Shown here piece after piece: positions 60,416 through 64,000 of a stretch of 64,000 bases of DNA (positions are counted from its first letter, which is position 1; each line of letters starts with the position of its first letter). Source of the DNA: Marsupella aquatica (taxonomy: Eukaryota > Plantae > Marchantiophyta); assembly GCA_973895155.1 (NCBI GenBank), contig OZ316896.1, forward strand, positions 4,903,925 through 4,967,924. Reading direction: 5' to 3'. Both the position numbers and the translations under genes were made by a program. The notes under the pieces are model-generated. The model saw only the letters and a program-made list of their open reading frames with translations, was not told the origin of the DNA and did not search any database.

Positions 60416-63019
60416 GCTGCTTCAGTATTTGCACCTAAGGTAAATTCTCCAGCTCTCCTTTGTTTTGGGAGTTTTGTTATTGCCTTGCTGAGGATGTCGT
60501 TGTCTTGTCGCTCTAATCTGGGATGCGTGACAGGAACTACTTCATGGCGTTATGTGCCATCGGTTTTGGTTGAAAAATTATGCCAATCGGTTTAAGATAT
60601 ATTACACGTTCTGTGTCTGGTGCAGATGGGAGTGATTTGATAGCTCATGCTGGCCTTTGAAAAGCGAGAATCGTTCTGATCTAAAGTAATGTCGTGTACC
60701 AGCTCCCTGGCTTTACACTCGTCTGTGAAGTCATGAACGGCACATTCGACATCATTAACCTGAAAACAACGCGCCTCGAGCCTTCACAAACTTTGGTAGG
60801 TAATTACGTTTGTCATTCTGCAAGATAGTTTCGTTGTGATTGTGGACTTCACGCCAATCAGAATGTCGGTCAACATATTAATGCTTCACTTAAAGCTTGG
60901 TGGGCTTTGCTTAACAGGGTTTGTAAACGTATGAACGGAGTTACTGACGAGCAACTAGTTGATCAGGACTTTCAAACAAGAAAAGCCTGAAATGGAGGAA
61001 AGACTTCCGGACTTCGGTTTGCAATCTGGAGTACTGCACGATGGGGATGAAAGCCGCCTTCTTTCTGGAGGTTTCTCCATCCATGGCAATGATTGCAGTT
61101 AGACTTTGGAGATGTTCTGTGGAAAATCAGATGTCGCCCGCAGTACATAATCCCATGGGTCTGAAGCATTCCTGGTATATTCAAATGGCGAGAGTGAATG
61201 GCAGGGACATCATACTGAAGCATTTTCTCCTTAACATTCTCCCCTTAACCTTGTTCGATTGTATCCTTCTATTGAGGATACATTAAAAGTGTCGGGACGA
61301 TACTGGATGTCACTATCTTCACTCATCACTTAATCTTCAATAGAAGGGTAAAAATCCAGCAAGGTTAAGGACGAAACTATGCTTCTATATGTAAGCACTA
61401 TCCAGCATATCCACTATCCAGCTATTCACTATTTTATAGCAGATTCGACTCCGATTGCCTTTCCTAAATGTTTCATAGTCTTGTATAGTAGACCACCCTC
61501 CAACTCCCAACAATGGCCGGCACAACAGAAGCAGCAAGTTTGAAGTTCGAGAGGGGTTTTAGGAGACATCTTTCTTAAACTCATGTTTAGCTGTATTGGG
61601 GAGTTCAACAGCAGTACAGCAGTGCTACGGTGATGCAGACGCATTGACACGAGAGAGTTGACGAGTGCCGGTTTGCGAGGGAGTAGGGCCACTTACATTG
61701 AAATTTTTGGCATCAGCTCATGAACAAGGACTATAGCCCAGTTTTGTCAAACCAAGAGATTGCTCTGAATTACTGCGACTCTTCAGGGGCCTGCTGCCCA
61801 GAGAATGATTTTTCGGTTGTTTTAGATTAGTGTGTATCACATTTGTGGTCAATGTGCCGACCAAGCTAATTATCTGTTTGGATGCACGGTTTACATCACA
61901 CTTATTTGGAGTCGTGAGGTGAGGCAGGGTGTTGTTTGTTATATATATTCTCTCTACCCCAGGTGGCTAGCATGAATTTGTCACATTTCACAGCTATCGT
62001 CTCCATGTGCGTTGAGACCAATGCTTTCGAATTTCATCCTTCCCAGACATTGTTGAAACCGGTTTCGTCTGAAAAATACTGTGCAAGAGATTAGAGGCTT
62101 GTGTTTATAACATGCATTCTTCCGCTGCATTCCCTTTCAATGTTGCGTTACTTGAGTGCTTTCTTTCATCTTACGAAATGCTATTACGGTACACCATCTA
62201 AAACTGTGGCACATTTTGGATCGCATACCTTATTTACAAATGCAAATTAACAGACCGAATTGTCTCTCCCGTTTTTTCGAGAGTGGTGGTGCCATAGCAG
62301 ACCTCATGTTTACTTCATGTTGTGCTCTGGGTTTCTTGCAACTTGGAAGCAGACGACAATTTCAACAAAATCTGAGTACCAGTCTTCTCCCTGCGACTGT
62401 GAATGGGATTCAGTACACAGAAGACAAGTGTGGAGGCTTGTGTTAACCATTAACAAGTTTTGGTGCACATTTTGCAAGCAACCGACAGTGTTGTTGTCCT
62501 AACATCGTCCACTACAAGCTTTCTGGCTACATAAATGCCGCTCAGGACTGTACCTACACGACATAGGTGCTCCACAATGGCAATAAAATTAATCAGACCA
62601 GCAGCATTGATTCGTGCTAATGCCACTCAGCATGAAACTCTTATAACTTAGTAAAGAAATCGGTCCATGATTGATACGTGTGTTCGTTGCGCCAAAGGAT
62701 CATCCTCGAAGAGACGACTTGAGCTACAGTATCATTCTGATGGCTTGGACAAAGTCCGTCGTTTCTCATTCCTTCCTTCAAGCTTTCTTTCAGTCAATCA
62801 AACGAGAAACATGGCACGCCCTGACTCAACCTGGCCAAATCAATGCCACGGACTTCGTACGGGCCATACTTCTCGCAATGCAATCTCTGCGCACCAGATT
62901 ATTTTCTTTTTCTCCACGTTTTTCTTTCGTTTACTCCAGCGTGGAGAATGTCACCTTGTGGGAAGGGGAAGACGCTACGATTCCTTATCAAATTTTAATA
63001 GATTGATTTCTGGCAGCTA

Positions 63020-63365
63020 GATCTCGCTTTAGTAAAGGACAACAGTCAGATTTGGCTAACCGGGTCTGTTGTGCCGGGTGGCAAACAAAGACAAAAACCT
63101 GGCGCAATGGCCGAGACAATTTCTCTAGCTTTCATCCTTGAACTTTAGAAACAATCCCTAGATTTAAGGACAATAGCCAAAGTTTGGCTCGTGGGTTCTG
63201 TCAACTTCTCTAGCTTTGAACTTTAGAAACAATCCCTAGATTTAAGGACAACAGTCAGATTCTGGCTAATGGGTCTGTTGTGACTACTGTAGGTGGGAAG
63301 CGGCTAATCAAAGACAAAAAGCCCCATACAAAGCCCGACACAATTTCTCTAGCTTTCATCTTTGC
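63020..63365. repeat. Tandem/dispersed repeat family, also present at ~15080-15195
   Basis: TTCTCTAGCTTT...TTAGAAACAATCCCTAGATTTAAGGACAA repeats here. CCCTAGATTTAAGGACAAC(T/A)GTCAGATTCT is shared with ~15150-15180. Confidence 0.75.
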
Positions 63366-63567
63366 ATTTCATAAACAATTCTTAATTGATAATTGTGCAT
63401 GTACGTCCAATGTCGAGTTTGAGTATCGAAATAGATTACAAATGGAGGGAAAGATGTCTACTAGGAAATATCAATCCTTTGCCAAGAAAAAGCGGAAGAT
63501 AAGCGCAAGAGATATCCCACAACTTATAATCACAGGGTGGAGAATTGGGAAGTATTTACATTTGTAA

Positions 63568-64000
63568 CAGGGGTGGCAATGAACGAATCCCCACCCTTCT
63601 GATTTTCTCAGTGTTTGAAATCAGATTGAATTCAATGTACAGTGGGGATGTAGGAAGAGGCAGCCAATTTTTTCCTCATTTTGGGAAACGAGGATGAGTG
63701 GCTACTTCTCCCCCTTCCCTCATAACTAAGGGTGGAGTTACCACTTGGCCCATGGAAGAGGCACCCACTCACATTTGTTTCCCAAATTAAATGAGAAAAT
63801 TGGTTGCCCCCTCCTACATCCCCATTACACGTACCGGTAGTGGGGAATGCCCAGCTGGGGATGATGATAGGCTCGGGCAACCAGTGTTCCAATCCCACCC
63901 AGCCTTTTTTCTTTTACACTGGGCAGCCCCATTAGCCATAATATAGTTTAGACAACAAATATTCACAGCATCTTCTCCTTCACATAGGTGACATTTGCCA
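63568..64000. mobile_element. Probable hAT-type MITE truncated by the window end
   Basis: It begins CAGGGGTGGCAATG. The window ends ...CATTTGCCA, the inner part of the expected complementary TIR. Confidence 0.5.

Overview
Eukaryotic, intron-containing DNA from a land plant. A bryophyte such as a liverwort is likely, but that is an inference from gene content and style. Four intact host genes were reconstructed: a 2-exon EthD-domain gene (-), an 11-exon AIM24-family gene missed by the ORF track (+), a DRB2-like dsRNA-binding gene with 3 coding exons (-), and an intronless NTMC2T5-like SMP/C2 gene (+). The rest is mostly transposons whose ends can be read from the sequence. These are a LINE endonuclease fragment, two Helitrons (1.8 and 9.4 kb) with reconstructable empty sites, a TA-flanked Tc1/mariner-type non-autonomous element and hAT-type MITE ends. 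The most notable is a 6.1-kb PIF/Harbinger-superfamily (PHIS) element with ANT rather than TWA target duplications. It carries a DDE transposase, a convergent Myb/SANT-like ORF and an unexpected RPA1-C-like zinc-finger OB-fold cargo ORF, and a related 293-bp MITE lies elsewhere in the window. All homology calls rest on motif recognition by eye; no database search was run.
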